From: Candidatus Omnitrophota bacterium
GTDB taxonomy: Bacteria; Omnitrophota; Gorgyraeia; Gygaellales; Profunditerraquicolaceae
Assembly: GCA_041651115.1 (NCBI GenBank)
Contig: JBAZJY010000001.1
Coordinates: forward strand, 133,165 to 197,164
Length of the DNA: 64,000 bases
Reading direction: 5' to 3'
Shown here piece by piece: positions 48,662 through 59,315 of the stretch; position 1 is the stretch's first letter; the number at the start of each line of letters is the position of its first letter. The position numbers were made by a program, and so were the translations under genes. Below the pieces are notes generated by a model. That model did no database searches. It was not told where the DNA came from and saw nothing but the letters and a program-made list of their open reading frames with translations.

Positions 48662-49639
48662 ATGAAAAAAATCGGCATAATCGGTGTTGGAAAATATCTG
48701 CCTAAGAAGGTCCTTTCAAATGCGGACCTGGAAAAGACGGTGGACACCTCTGATGAGTGGATCACTACGCGCACAGGGATAAAGGAAAGGCGCTTAGCCG
48801 CGAAAACAGAAGCTACCAGCGATTTGGCGTTAAAGGCGGCAAAGGACGCCCTGGCAGATGCAAAGCTTAGCCCTTCCGATCTGGAATTAATCATAGTTGC
48901 GACGATCACTCCTGATATGCAGTTTCCCGCTACTGCCTGCATTTTGCAGAGCAGCTTAGGGGCAAAGAATGCCGTTTGTTTTGATGTTTCTGCTGCCTGC
49001 GCGGGTTTTATTTACGGGATAAGCGTTGCCCAGCAATTCGTTGCCCGCGGTGTTTATAAGAACGCCCTGGTTGTCGGCGCGGAAGCACTTTCTACGATCA
49101 CCGACTGGCAGGACAGGAATACCTGCGTTTTATTCGGCGACGGCGCAGGGGCGGCGGTCCTTTCAGAAGTGAAATCCGGGGGGATTGTTTCTTCCTACCT
49201 CGGTTCCGACGGCACAATGAGCGAATTATTACTCGTTCCTGCCGGCGGATCGCGCAACCCCGCTTCTTCCAAGACAGTAGACAGCCGCCTGCATTACATA
49301 AAGATGCGCGGGAATGAACTATTCAAAGTTGCGGTCAATACGATGACCGAGGCCGCAGAAACGGTTTTAAAACGGGCAGGCCTGAAAATATCCGACATTG
49401 ACCTGATCATCCCGCATCAGGCAAATATCCGCATTATTGCCGCAGTTGGGAAGAAACTCTGTTTTCCGTTGGATAAATTCTACGTTAATATAGAAAGATA
49501 CGGCAATATGTCCTCCGCTTCCCTTGCCGTTGCCCTCTGCGAGGCAGTCAAGGAAGGAAGGATCAGCAAAGGCGACACTGTCCTTCTTGACGCTTTCGGA
49601 GCCGGCTTGGTCTGGGGAGCCTGCATCATTAAGTGGTAG
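48662..49639 (+). CDS. fabH: beta-ketoacyl-ACP synthase III
   Basis: active-site Cys in AACAGFIYG, His in HQANIRI, Asn in GNMSSAS. Confidence 0.9.
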   Translation: MKKIGIIGVGKYLPKKVLSNADLEKTVDTSDEWITTRTGIKERRLAAKTEATSDLALKAAKDALADAKLSPSDLELIIVATITPDMQFPATACILQSSLGAKNAVCFDVSAACAGFIYGISVAQQFVARGVYKNALVVGAEALSTITDWQDRNTCVLFGDGAGAAVLSEVKSGGIVSSYLGSDGTMSELLLVPAGGSRNPASSKTVDSRLHYIKMRGNELFKVAVNTMTEAAETVLKRAGLKISDIDLIIPHQANIRIIAAVGKKLCFPLDKFYVNIERYGNMSSASLAVALCEAVKEGRISKGDTVLLDAFGAGLVWGACIIKW

Positions 49640-51246
49640 CCGCCAGGCATATCCTGTTGATAGCGCTAGTGGTATTTTTAAGCTGCGCAGCTTCGCTTAC
49701 AGGAGATTTCATTCTTGACGATCACAGCATTATCCTCAATAACAATTTTATAAAGAACTGGAAAAATTTCCCGCTTATTTTCAGCCGCAGTTATATTACC
49801 GCTATTGACGATATTAAGGTAAACCAGGGCTCATATGGCATAGGCTCCGGTGAAACCACATACCGGCCTGTGGCAACCGCGACGTATTTTGTTAATTACG
49901 CGATTTCCGGGTTAAAACCGTTCGCTTACCGGTCGTTAAATCTATCCCTGCATATTATTAATGCCATACTTGCCTATTTGTTGTTTAATCTTTTGTTTTC
50001 TAACCGGCAGTTAGCTTTATTTTCGGCTTTATTTTTCGGGATGCACCCGGTAAACGCAGAAGTGATCAGCTGTACCGGTTACCGGCCGAACAGCCTTGTC
50101 CTGCTGTTCATTCTCCTGACGGTCATCCTGCATTTTAAATTTAAGCCGGCTGCATTGCTGGCGTTCATCGCCGCGCTTTTTTCTAAGGAGATCGCCGTTT
50201 TTCTCCCCCTTGCGCTGGCCATCTGCGACCTGTATTATTTCAATTTTGATTTCCGCAAGGCCGCAGCGAATGTGCGCTGGTATATCCTGTATTTCCTGAC
50301 GGGGTTAGTTTACGTTTTTATCTATTTTACCTTCGCGCCTCCGGGCCAGGAAATATTCAGGTTTACTGCTTTGGGCGGGAATTTAATAAGGATGTTGAAT
50401 GCCCTGGGATTTTACTTAAAAGAGCTGATATTCCCGTTTGAGCCGGTTTATATTTTTCCGGCAGCAATAAAGAACTCGTATCTCATGTCCGGGCTTGGCC
50501 TGGCTGCTATATTTGCCGGCATTTATACCGTGAAAAAAATGAAGGTTTGGAAAGAGGCGTCTTTTGCGGTGCTCTGGTTTTTTCTCTGGCTGCTGCCGCT
50601 AAATAATTTCATCGGTTCATTCAGGGTTGGTTTAGCTTACCGTTTTCTTTATATACCCCTGTTGGGCTTCGCGCTTCTCTTAGGGCTCTTTTTAGTGAAG
50701 GCAAGGCAGGGAAAGGGAAGAATTTTCTTGCAAATCCCCGTATTAAAGTGTATGCTACCTTTTGCTTTATTAGGGTATTTTTTTATTCTTAGCGTTTCCG
50801 CGAGTGTCCTTTGGAAAAATGAAATGTTCTTGTCTCAAGCCGCGGTAGAGCGTTATCCGTTGAATCCTTTGGCGCATATCGAGCGCAGCCGCGTATTGAT
50901 ACTCAGCGGCCGTTATGCAGAGGCGAGGCTGGAATTAGAGTCCGCTTTGTCATTAGCGGATCCGCATGCTGTCATATCTGATTACGATCGGGCAAAGGCC
51001 CATATTCTTTACGGGATCATCTATACGCAGGATAAAGACTATGCCCGGGCAGAGCAGGCGTATTTAAAGGCGTCCGGGTTGCTGCCGCAGGCGGCAATTG
51101 TTTATACCCAACTGGCAATACTTTACGATATACAAGGCATGCGCCAAAAAGCCCTGGAAGAGCTGGAAAAAGCCAGGAGGGTTAATCCCGGCTATGTTCC
51201 GGCTTATGTGGAAAGCGAATTTTTAAAAGGAGCAGCAGGACAATGA
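49633..51246 (+). CDS. polytopic membrane protein with C-terminal TPR repeats, TMTC/PMT-like GT-C candidate
   Basis: FILDDHSIILNN acidic loop after TM1 resembles the GT-C/TMTC DD motif; about 10 TM helices; C-terminal TPR-like repeats. Confidence 0.55.
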   Translation: MVAARHILLIALVVFLSCAASLTGDFILDDHSIILNNNFIKNWKNFPLIFSRSYITAIDDIKVNQGSYGIGSGETTYRPVATATYFVNYAISGLKPFAYRSLNLSLHIINAILAYLLFNLLFSNRQLALFSALFFGMHPVNAEVISCTGYRPNSLVLLFILLTVILHFKFKPAALLAFIAALFSKEIAVFLPLALAICDLYYFNFDFRKAAANVRWYILYFLTGLVYVFIYFTFAPPGQEIFRFTALGGNLIRMLNALGFYLKELIFPFEPVYIFPAAIKNSYLMSGLGLAAIFAGIYTVKKMKVWKEASFAVLWFFLWLLPLNNFIGSFRVGLAYRFLYIPLLGFALLLGLFLVKARQGKGRIFLQIPVLKCMLPFALLGYFFILSVSASVLWKNEMFLSQAAVERYPLNPLAHIERSRVLILSGRYAEARLELESALSLADPHAVISDYDRAKAHILYGIIYTQDKDYARAEQAYLKASGLLPQAAIVYTQLAILYDIQGMRQKALEELEKARRVNPGYVPAYVESEFLKGAAGQ

Positions 51247-52157
51247 GAGCATTTCTTTTTGCCGGACAGGGAAGCCAATATGTAGGTATGGGCAAAGATC
51301 TATATGATGCTTTTCCCGCAAGCAGGGATATTTTTGACCGCGCAGACAAGGCGCTCGGGTTTTCTATTTCCCGGCTTTGCTTTGAAGGTCCGCAGGACGA
51401 GTTGAAGAAAACAGACAATTGCCAGCCGGCGATACTTACAATGAGCATTGCCGCGCTTGAGGCTTTTAAGTCAATTGCCGGCTCCCAACAGCCGGTTGCC
51501 GTTTTTGCCGCAGGCTTAAGCTTAGGCGAATATTCTGCTTTAGTGGCAGCGGAAGCTTTAGGCTTTGAAGATGCTGTCAGGCTGGTCAGGCAGCGCGGCC
51601 AATTCATGGAAGAAGAGGCAGCATCGCGGCCGGGAAAGATGCTTTCCTTGATCGGATTGGATCTTGCTCAAGTCAGGCAGCTTTGTGTTGATACCGGGAT
51701 AGAACTGGCGAACATAAATTGCCCGGGACAGATCGTAGTTTCCGGGGGGCCGCAGGAGATCAGCCGCGCAGCAGAGCTGGCAAAAGAACGCAAGGCAAAG
51801 ATGGTAGTGGTTCTGGAGGTAAGCGGCGCGTTTCATTCTTCATTTATGAAAGGGGCTGCCGCAAAATTATCCGCGGAACTTGAGAGGATCAAGATAACGC
51901 CGCCTAAAGTACCCGTGATCAGCAATGTTACTGCCCGGCCATTCGGGTCAGCCGAGGAAGTAAGGGAAAACCTGGTAAAGCAGGTTTATTCCAGCGTGCT
52001 CTGGGAAGACTCGATGAAATTTATTTTGTCGCAAAATGTAATGAACTTTCTTGAATTTGGGCCGGGAAAGGTCCTGAAGGGCCTGATGCGCCGGATCAAT
52101 GCAGCTGCGCAGGTACAGAGCATAGAGAAGAAGGAAGATATGGGGGAGGGTAGGTAA
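51243..52157 (+). CDS. fabD: malonyl CoA-ACP transacylase
   Basis: GQGSQ and GLSLGEYSA active-site motifs. Confidence 0.9.
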   Translation: MRAFLFAGQGSQYVGMGKDLYDAFPASRDIFDRADKALGFSISRLCFEGPQDELKKTDNCQPAILTMSIAALEAFKSIAGSQQPVAVFAAGLSLGEYSALVAAEALGFEDAVRLVRQRGQFMEEEAASRPGKMLSLIGLDLAQVRQLCVDTGIELANINCPGQIVVSGGPQEISRAAELAKERKAKMVVVLEVSGAFHSSFMKGAAAKLSAELERIKITPPKVPVISNVTARPFGSAEEVRENLVKQVYSSVLWEDSMKFILSQNVMNFLEFGPGKVLKGLMRRINAAAQVQSIEKKEDMGEGR

Positions 52158-52158
52158 T

Positions 52159-52902
52159 ATGCGTTTAAAAGATAAAGTAGCTTTAGTAACAGGCGGGGCA
52201 AGAGGGATTGGCAGGGAAATCGCGCTTTTGTTTGCCAAAGAGGGCGCGGACATAGTCATCGGCGACGTTAACCAGCAGGAGGCGGATAAGACCTGTCAGG
52301 ATATTGAAGCGTTGGGCAGAAAGGCCATGGGTATAACGTTGGACGTTACTAGGTTTGCCAACGTAGAAGAGGGAATAAACAAAATTCTTGACAAATTTGG
52401 AAAGATTGATATATTAGTTAACAATGCTGGAATCACCAAGGATGGGCTCCTGTTGCGGATGAGCGAGCCGGACTGGGACGCGGTGATCGCCGTGAACCTC
52501 AAAGGCACGTTTAATTGCACAAAAGCCGTTTCAAAGGTGATGATCAAGCAGCGCAGCGGCAAGATTGTCAATATCGCATCGATCATTGGCATCATCGGTA
52601 ATCCCGGGCAGGCGAATTATTCCGCTTCCAAGGCGGGGATAATTGCCCTGACAAAGACATCTGCCAAGGAGTTGGCAAGCCGCAGCATAAATATAAACGC
52701 GGTAGCGCCCGGATTCATTCAGACAGATATGACGGCTAAGCTGCCGGAGGAACTTAAGCAGAAAATGCTCAGCGTTATCCCGCTGAATAAGTTCGGCACT
52801 CCCGGCGATGTAGCTAATTTATGCCTGTTTTTGGCTTCCGATGAAGCCGCTTACATTACCGGCCAGACAATCGTTGTCGACGGCGGAATGGTTATGGTTT
52901 AA
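52159..52902 (+). CDS. fabG: 3-oxoacyl-ACP reductase
   Basis: [20 protein letters not shown] motifs; canonical position. Confidence 0.9.
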   Translation: MRLKDKVALVTGGARGIGREIALLFAKEGADIVIGDVNQQEADKTCQDIEALGRKAMGITLDVTRFANVEEGINKILDKFGKIDILVNNAGITKDGLLLRMSEPDWDAVIAVNLKGTFNCTKAVSKVMIKQRSGKIVNIASIIGIIGNPGQANYSASKAGIIALTKTSAKELASRSININAVAPGFIQTDMTAKLPEELKQKMLSVIPLNKFGTPGDVANLCLFLASDEAAYITGQTIVVDGGMVMV

Positions 52903-52919
52903 CAAGGAGGAAAAAGAAA

Positions 52920-53159
52920 ATGGCAGTTCAGGATAAGGTAAAATCAATTATTGCGGAACAACTGGGAGTAAAGCCGGAAGAGGTTACTCCTGAAGCATCT
53001 TTCGTCGATGACTTAGGCGCTGATTCTTTGGATACCGTTGAGTTGGTAATGGCGCTGGAAGAAGAATTTGGCATCGAGATACCCGATGAGGATGCAGAAA
53101 AGATCACTACTGTCGGCGATGCGATCAAGTACATCGAAGAAAAATCAGGCAATAAATAA
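52920..53159 (+). CDS. acpP: acyl carrier protein
   Basis: [21 protein letters not shown]. Confidence 0.95.
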   Translation: MAVQDKVKSIIAEQLGVKPEEVTPEASFVDDLGADSLDTVELVMALEEEFGIEIPDEDAEKITTVGDAIKYIEEKSGNK

Positions 53160-53188
53160 GACGTTGATATAGAAACATTTTACATATA

Positions 53189-53220
53189 CCCCGCCTTCTT
53201 CTCCGGCGGGGTAAGTTTTA
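53189..53220 (+). terminator. attenuator-type hairpin after acpP (ccccgcc ttcttctcc ggcgggg)
   Basis: 7-bp GC stem without strong U-tract, between acpP and fabF. Confidence 0.4.
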
Positions 53221-53233
53221 TTATGGCTAAAAA

Positions 53234-54481
53234 ATGCAAGAAAATAGAGTAGTAGTCACAGGATTAGGTGTAATCTCTCCGGTCGGCAACGATATTCCCT
53301 CGTTTTGGAAGGCCTTGCAAGAGGGGAAGTCCGGGGTAGGCAAGCTTACGACTTTCGACCCGGCGGCTTTTAACAGCCGTATCGCCGCGGAAGTCAAGAA
53401 TTTTGACCATCTGACGTACGGGATCACCAAGAAAGACACTCACCGGATGGAGAAATTCGTGCAATATGCCATTGCCGGCACCAAGCAGGCGCTGGCAGAT
53501 TCCGGTTTAGTCCTGGATAAAGAGAATAAAGAACGGATCGGCGTATTGATCGGCTCGGGGATAGGCAGCCTGCGCATTATCGAAGAAGAGCACGGCGTTT
53601 ATATGAAGCACGGGCCAAGCAGGATCACGCCGTTTTTGATCCCGATGCTGATTGTCAATGAAGCTTCCGGCCAGGTAGCAATGATCCATGGTTTCCATGG
53701 CCCGAATTCCTGCGTGACCACTGCCTGCGCTTCCGGGACGCATGCCATCGGCGACGCCTTGCGCATTATCCAGAGGGGTGATGCCGACGTGATGATCGCC
53801 GGAGGCACGGAAAGCTGTATTACTCATTTAGGCGTAGGAGGATTTTGCGCCTTAAAAGCGCTCTCGCTAAGGAACAATGACCCGGAAAAGGCCAGCCGTC
53901 CGTTTGACGCGGAAAGAGACGGATTTGTCATTGCTGAAGGCTGCGGGATCGTGGTCCTGGAAAGTTTAGAGCACGCAGCCAAGCGCAATGCCCATATTTA
54001 TGCGGAAGTCCCGGGCTTTGGGATGTCCTGCGACGCATATCATATTACCGCGCCTGACCCGGAAGGCAATGGCGCCAGCTTAGCAATGAAATGGGCCTTA
54101 AAAGACGCGAAGGCCAATCCCGAAGATATAGATTATATTAATGCCCACGGCACTTCCACAAAATTGAACGATAAGGTAGAGACTTTGGCAATAAAGAAGG
54201 CCTTTGGCGCGCACGCGAAAAAAGTCATGGTTTCTTCTACGAAATCCATGACCGGCCATTTGCTTGGCGCAGCCGGCGGCGTGGAATTCATAGTCTGCTG
54301 TTTAACGATCAAAGACGGAGTTATCCCGCCTACCACCAACTACGAACATCCAGACCCTGATTGCGACCTCGATTATGTGCCTAATGTAAGCCGTAAAACC
54401 CCGGTTGATATCTGCGCGTCAAATTCGCTGGGATTCGGCGGACATAACGCCACCATTGTGGTAAAAAAATTCAAGGGATAA
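53234..54481 (+). CDS. fabF: beta-ketoacyl-ACP synthase II
   Basis: [14 protein letters not shown] (Cys), [12 protein letters not shown] (His), [12 protein letters not shown] (His). Confidence 0.9.
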   Translation: MQENRVVVTGLGVISPVGNDIPSFWKALQEGKSGVGKLTTFDPAAFNSRIAAEVKNFDHLTYGITKKDTHRMEKFVQYAIAGTKQALADSGLVLDKENKERIGVLIGSGIGSLRIIEEEHGVYMKHGPSRITPFLIPMLIVNEASGQVAMIHGFHGPNSCVTTACASGTHAIGDALRIIQRGDADVMIAGGTESCITHLGVGGFCALKALSLRNNDPEKASRPFDAERDGFVIAEGCGIVVLESLEHAAKRNAHIYAEVPGFGMSCDAYHITAPDPEGNGASLAMKWALKDAKANPEDIDYINAHGTSTKLNDKVETLAIKKAFGAHAKKVMVSSTKSMTGHLLGAAGGVEFIVCCLTIKDGVIPPTTNYEHPDPDCDLDYVPNVSRKTPVDICASNSLGFGGHNATIVVKKFKG

Positions 54482-55783
54482 ATGGGTTATACTATTGCTG
54501 AAAAAATAATGCTGGCGCATGCCAGCATGGCGCATTCCGGCAGAAAAAACATTGCGCCGGGTGAATTCATTGAAGCCGATGTAGACCTGGCATTGGGCAA
54601 TGACATTACTGCGCCGATCGCCATTGAGGAATTTAAGCGATCGGGAGCCAGGGAAGTCTTTGACAGGAAAAAGGTTGTTTTGGTGCCTGACCATTTTGCT
54701 CCGGCAAAGGACCTGCGCAGCGCCAACCAGTGCAAGATCCTTGCGAATTTTGCCAAAGAGCAGAAGATAAAGAACTATTTTGAAGTCGGATGCATGGGTA
54801 TTGAGCATGCGCTTTTACCGGAGTTGGGGCTGGTTGGCCCTGGAGATCTGGTCATCGGGGCTGATTCGCATACTTGCACTTACGGCGCGCTTGGAGCTTA
54901 TTCAACCGGCGTAGGCTCTACTGATCTGGCAAGGGCTTTTATTGACGGAAAATGCTGGTTTAGGATCCCGCCGACGGTTAAGTTCGTATATAACGGTAAG
55001 CTCGGCAAGTGGGTTGGCGGCAAGGACCTGATCCTGTATACGATCGGCAAGATCGGGGTTGACGGCGCATTGTATAAAGTGATGGAATTTTCCGGCCCGG
55101 TGATCAGGAAATTAAGCATGGATGACCGCTTTTCCATGTCAAATATGGCGATTGAAGCCGGGGCAAGGGCAGGATTAATCGAGCCGGACGGAATTACTCT
55201 GGATTATATTAAGCAAACCAAAAATCCAAGGTTCAAGACGCAAAAATTCAAGTCAAAATTAAAAAATTTAAGGTCTGACGCAGACGCGCATTATGAAAAG
55301 ATTTACGCTTGGGATGTTTCCGGGCTGGAGCCGCAGGTTGCCTGTCCGCATCTGCCCAGCAACGTTAAGCCCGCGTCGGAATTAAGCGATATAAAATTAG
55401 ACCAGGTAGTCATTGGTTCCTGCACTAACGGTAGGATCTCCGACCTTCGGATCGCAGCAAAGATACTAAAAGGCAGAAAGATCAAGCCGGGTTTGCGGTT
55501 GATCGTATTCCCGGCAACGCAGAAGATCTATCTTGAAGCGGTCAAAGAAGGTTTGGCGGAAATTTTTGTCCGCGCAGGCGGAGTATTTTCCACGCCTACC
55601 TGCGGCCCGTGTTTAGGCGGGCATATGGGTATTTTAGCTGAAGGCGAAGCCTGTCTTGCCACGACAAACCGCAATTTTATCGGCAGGATGGGCAGCCCTA
55701 AATCATTCGTTTATTTGTCCGGCCCGGCAGTTGCCGCAGCTTCAGCGATCATCGGCAGGATCACGCATCCGGATAATGCTTAG
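54482..55783 (+). CDS. leuC: 3-isopropylmalate dehydratase large subunit (LeuC/HacA aconitase family)
   Basis: aconitase-family Fe-S ligands (CTNGRISD, CGPCLG); followed by small subunit and dehydrogenase. Confidence 0.8.
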   Translation: MGYTIAEKIMLAHASMAHSGRKNIAPGEFIEADVDLALGNDITAPIAIEEFKRSGAREVFDRKKVVLVPDHFAPAKDLRSANQCKILANFAKEQKIKNYFEVGCMGIEHALLPELGLVGPGDLVIGADSHTCTYGALGAYSTGVGSTDLARAFIDGKCWFRIPPTVKFVYNGKLGKWVGGKDLILYTIGKIGVDGALYKVMEFSGPVIRKLSMDDRFSMSNMAIEAGARAGLIEPDGITLDYIKQTKNPRFKTQKFKSKLKNLRSDADAHYEKIYAWDVSGLEPQVACPHLPSNVKPASELSDIKLDQVVIGSCTNGRISDLRIAAKILKGRKIKPGLRLIVFPATQKIYLEAVKEGLAEIFVRAGGVFSTPTCGPCLGGHMGILAEGEACLATTNRNFIGRMGSPKSFVYLSGPAVAAASAIIGRITHPDNA

Positions 55784-55855
55784 GGACGGTTCTCAGCCAA
55801 GGAGAAAAATGTCCCCTTCGGGGACACTTTTCCCTTGGACTGAGAACCGTCCCTA
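55781..55855. repeat. 77-nt palindromic intergenic repeat, copy 2 (contains the leuC stop codon TAG)
   Basis: tagggacggttctcagcc...gtccccttcggggac...ggactgagaaccgtcccta. Confidence 0.7.
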
Positions 55856-55864
55856 AAACAGACT

Positions 55865-56353
55865 ATGATAATAAAAGGAAGAGTTCACAAATTTAGCGAC
55901 GACGTCAATACTGACGATATTATTGCGGCAAAATATTTAGTCAGTACTGACGCAAAAGAATTGGGCAGTCACTGTATGGAGACGATTGCCCCGGATTTTT
56001 CCCGTAAGGTCTCTGCCGGAGACATCATTGTCGCGGGAAAAAACTTTGGCTGCGGTTCTTCCCGTGAGCACGCGCCGCTGGCGATCAAGGGCTGCGGGAT
56101 TGCGGCAGTGGTTGCCAAAAGCTTTGCCGGCATATTTTTCAGGAATGCCATAAACATCGGGCTGCCGTTTTTAGAGCTGGCAGATACGGATAAAATTTCA
56201 GACGGCGATTTAGTGGAGATAGACCTTTCAAAAGGCTTGATCAAAAATATTACCAAAGGGAAGACCTATCAGACTCAGGCATTCCCGGAATTTTTAGAGC
56301 AGATCGTCAAGGAAGGCGGGTTAATAAACTATGTCAAACGAAAAAAAATATAA
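55865..56353 (+). CDS. leuD: 3-isopropylmalate dehydratase small subunit
   Basis: GKNFGCGSSREHAP motif. Confidence 0.85.
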   Translation: MIIKGRVHKFSDDVNTDDIIAAKYLVSTDAKELGSHCMETIAPDFSRKVSAGDIIVAGKNFGCGSSREHAPLAIKGCGIAAVVAKSFAGIFFRNAINIGLPFLELADTDKISDGDLVEIDLSKGLIKNITKGKTYQTQAFPEFLEQIVKEGGLINYVKRKKI

Positions 56354-57395
56354 AATCGCGGTTATTCCCGGAGACGGCACCGGCCCGGAAGTCACTAATG
56401 AAGGTTTGAAAGTGCTTAAGGCCGCAAGCCTAACCTATAAATTCAATTACGAAACAAAGGTATTTGATTTTGGCGGCGCGCGTTACTTAAAAACCGGAAA
56501 GACGATTGACGATAGCGATATAAGCGAGCTAAAAAAATACGATACGATCTTTTTGGGCGCCATCGGGCATCCGGACGTAAAACCCGGGATCCTGGAAACC
56601 GGCATATTACTGAAATTAAGGTTTGCCTTGGACCAATACATCAACCTGCGGCCGGTCAAACTCTATAATGCCGATTTTTGCCCGTTAAAGGATAAGAAGC
56701 CCGAAGATATAGATTTTGTGGTCGTCAGAGAAAATTCCGAAGGCCTCTATAAAGGCATGGGTGAATTTAAAGACAAGGGCACAAAGGATGAGGTCGCAAT
56801 TCAGCTTTCCTATAATACGCGCAAGGGCGTGGAGCGCTGCATCCGCTATGCATTTGAATATTGCCGTAAGCGCAACAAAAGAAAAAAATTAACCCTCTGC
56901 GGCAAGACCAATGTTTTAACTTATGCCTGGGACCTCTGGCAAAGGACATTTAATGAAGTTGCCAAAGAATACACGGATATAACTACCGATTACGCGCACG
57001 TTGACGCCACGACAATGTGGTTCGTGAAGAATCCCGAGTGGTTTGACGTAATTGTTACGGATAACATGTTCGGCGATATTATTACCGACTTAGGCGCGAT
57101 GATACAGGGCGGCATGGGTATTGCCGCAGGCGGCAATATCAATCCCGCGGGCGTATCTATGTTTGAGCCGATCGGCGGGTCTGCGCCGAAATATACCGGC
57201 AAAAACGTGATCAATCCTTTGGCAGCGGTTTGCGCTGCAGGCATGCTGCTTGAGAGCTTGGGCGAGAAGCCGGCTGCGGATGCCATTGAAAAAGCGGTGA
57301 TCAAGATCGTGCAAAAAGACTTAAAATCCCTTGCCGCCGGGAAAATGGGGTATTCCACCAGCGAAGTCGGAGACCTGGTAGTAAAAAATCTATAA
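56331..57395 (+). CDS. leuB: 3-isopropylmalate dehydrogenase (or closely related beta-decarboxylating dehydrogenase)
   Basis: IAVIPGDGTGPEV N-terminus and isocitrate/IPM dehydrogenase family features. Confidence 0.75.
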   Translation: MSNEKKYKIAVIPGDGTGPEVTNEGLKVLKAASLTYKFNYETKVFDFGGARYLKTGKTIDDSDISELKKYDTIFLGAIGHPDVKPGILETGILLKLRFALDQYINLRPVKLYNADFCPLKDKKPEDIDFVVVRENSEGLYKGMGEFKDKGTKDEVAIQLSYNTRKGVERCIRYAFEYCRKRNKRKKLTLCGKTNVLTYAWDLWQRTFNEVAKEYTDITTDYAHVDATTMWFVKNPEWFDVIVTDNMFGDIITDLGAMIQGGMGIAAGGNINPAGVSMFEPIGGSAPKYTGKNVINPLAAVCAAGMLLESLGEKPAADAIEKAVIKIVQKDLKSLAAGKMGYSTSEVGDLVVKNL

Positions 57396-57398
57396 TGA

Positions 57399-57478
57399 TT
57401 AGGGACGGTTCTCAACTTAAAGCTAAACTGTCCCCATAGAAGGGACACTTTTGCTTTGGGTTAAGAACCGTCCCTAAG
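57399..57478. repeat. 77-nt palindromic intergenic repeat, copy 3 (inverted internal orientation relative to copy 1)
   Basis: ttagggacggttctcaacttaaagctaaactgtccccatagaagggacacttttgctttgggttaagaaccgtccctaa. Confidence 0.7.
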
Positions 57479-57486
57479 GAGATAAA

Positions 57487-58506
57487 ATGAAAAAGTATAA
57501 CGTTTGCGTTGTTGGAGCGGGTGTTGTCGGGATAGAAATGCTTAGGATTATAAAACAGCGTAAGTTTCCCGTGGGCCAACTTAAGGTATTTGCCCGTTCA
57601 TCCAGGCAAATGAAAGTTGACGGAGATATATATTCTGTTGAACCGATCTCGCCCGAAGGTTTTAATGGTATGGATATCGCGCTTTTTGCCGGCACAGAAG
57701 GCGAAAAGGGCGCGGCAGTGACTTATGCGGCCGAGGCGGTTAAGCGCGGGGCAGTGGTAATCGATAACGGCGCGGATTTCCGGATGGACCCGAAAGTGCC
57801 GTTAGTTGTCCCGGAAGTAAATTCCAAGGACGTGAAAAAACACAAGGGTGTAATCGCCAATCCCAACTGTTCGACTATCCAAATGGTGGTGGCGCTTTGG
57901 CCGATTTATAAGAAAGCCGGGATCAAGCGGATTATTGTTACTACGCTTCAGGCTTCTTCCGGAGCGGGGAAGGCGGCAGTTGAGCAGTTAAAAGAAGAGA
58001 TCAGCCTGGTAACGGCAAATAATTTCGAGAATATACATGTAAAGGCGGAAAATAAATCTATGCCGCAGCAGCTGGCTTACAATGTTTTTCCGCAGATCGG
58101 CGGGTTTGTTGAATGCGATTATACCAGCGAAGAGTGGAAGCTGGTAAAAGAAACGCACAAGATCATGCACGATGATAAAATAAAGATCTCCGCGACCACC
58201 GTACGCGTGCCGGTAAGGACCGGGCATTCGGAATCAGTGTATATTGAAACTGAAAAAACCATTGCCCCGGAAAAAGTAAGGGAACTATTGGCAAAGGCCC
58301 CGGGCGTGATCGTGATGGATGAGCCAAAGAACGGCATTTACCCTATGCCTAAGGACGTTGAGGGAAAGGATGAAACGTTTGTGGGCAGGATACGCTGCGA
58401 TTGTTTTGTGAAGAATGGCCTGTGGCTTTGGGTTGTTGCCGATAACCTGCGTAAAGGCGCGGCGACAAATGCCGTGCAGATAGCAGAATGCCTGATCTCG
58501 GGATAA
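57487..58506 (+). CDS. asd: aspartate-semialdehyde dehydrogenase
   Basis: VVGAGVVG N-terminus, active-site ANPNCSTI. Confidence 0.9.
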   Translation: MKKYNVCVVGAGVVGIEMLRIIKQRKFPVGQLKVFARSSRQMKVDGDIYSVEPISPEGFNGMDIALFAGTEGEKGAAVTYAAEAVKRGAVVIDNGADFRMDPKVPLVVPEVNSKDVKKHKGVIANPNCSTIQMVVALWPIYKKAGIKRIIVTTLQASSGAGKAAVEQLKEEISLVTANNFENIHVKAENKSMPQQLAYNVFPQIGGFVECDYTSEEWKLVKETHKIMHDDKIKISATTVRVPVRTGHSESVYIETEKTIAPEKVRELLAKAPGVIVMDEPKNGIYPMPKDVEGKDETFVGRIRCDCFVKNGLWLWVVADNLRKGAATNAVQIAECLISG

Positions 58507-58512
58507 TCACCG

Positions 58513-59253
58513 TTGCGTAATATCAAAGTTGAGATAGAATACGACGGCACCAATTACTGCGGCTGGCAGGTGCAGAGCAGTTCGCATAAAGCAAGTATAC
58601 AGGAAACGATTGAGCGGGCAATCCGGAAAATACTGAACGAAAAAGTAAAGATCATCGGTTCCGGAAGGACTGATGCCGGAGTTCATGCCAGGGCGCAGGT
58701 AGCTAATTTCAGGATAAAGTCAGCCATGCCATTGGCCCGGCTGCAGGAAGGGTTAAATGCCGTGCTGCCGCAAGACATCGCGATTACCGCGATGAGAGAG
58801 GCAGATCCGGATTTCCACAGCCGTTTCAGCGCCAAATCCAAAATTTACCGCTATACGATATTGAACAGCCAACACCGCAGCCCGTTTTTGCGCGATAGCG
58901 CATTTTTCTGCCGCTATCCGCTTGATGTTAAGCTGATGCAGCGGGAAGCAAGGCAGCTTTTAGGCAGGCATAATTTCCGCGCTTTTTGCGCTGCGCAAGG
59001 CAAAGGCAAGAACCCCTTTAAGACAATAAAAAGGATAGCCGTAGCAAAGTGCGGCAGCCGGATTGATATAGAGGTTGAAGCAGACGGTTATCTTTATAAT
59101 ATGGTAAGGAATATTGCCGGGACGCTTATTGATGTGGGCAGGGGCAGGCTTCCGGCAGGCAGCCTGAAGAAGATACTGGCGCAACGCAACAGGGTTAAGG
59201 CCGGCCCTACGGCTCCGGCAAAAGGCCTGTGCCTGCTTAAGGTCAAATATTGA
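58513..59253 (+). CDS. truA: tRNA pseudouridine(38-40) synthase TruA
   Basis: IEYDGTNYCGWQ and GSGRTDAGVHA (catalytic Asp) motifs; TTG start. Confidence 0.85.
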   Translation: MRNIKVEIEYDGTNYCGWQVQSSSHKASIQETIERAIRKILNEKVKIIGSGRTDAGVHARAQVANFRIKSAMPLARLQEGLNAVLPQDIAITAMREADPDFHSRFSAKSKIYRYTILNSQHRSPFLRDSAFFCRYPLDVKLMQREARQLLGRHNFRAFCAAQGKGKNPFKTIKRIAVAKCGSRIDIEVEADGYLYNMVRNIAGTLIDVGRGRLPAGSLKKILAQRNRVKAGPTAPAKGLCLLKVKY

Positions 59254-59315
59254 GTTGTGCCTTATCTAAAAATAATATTTGACTAAACAGGAAAATATGT
59301 TATACTTTTATTTCT

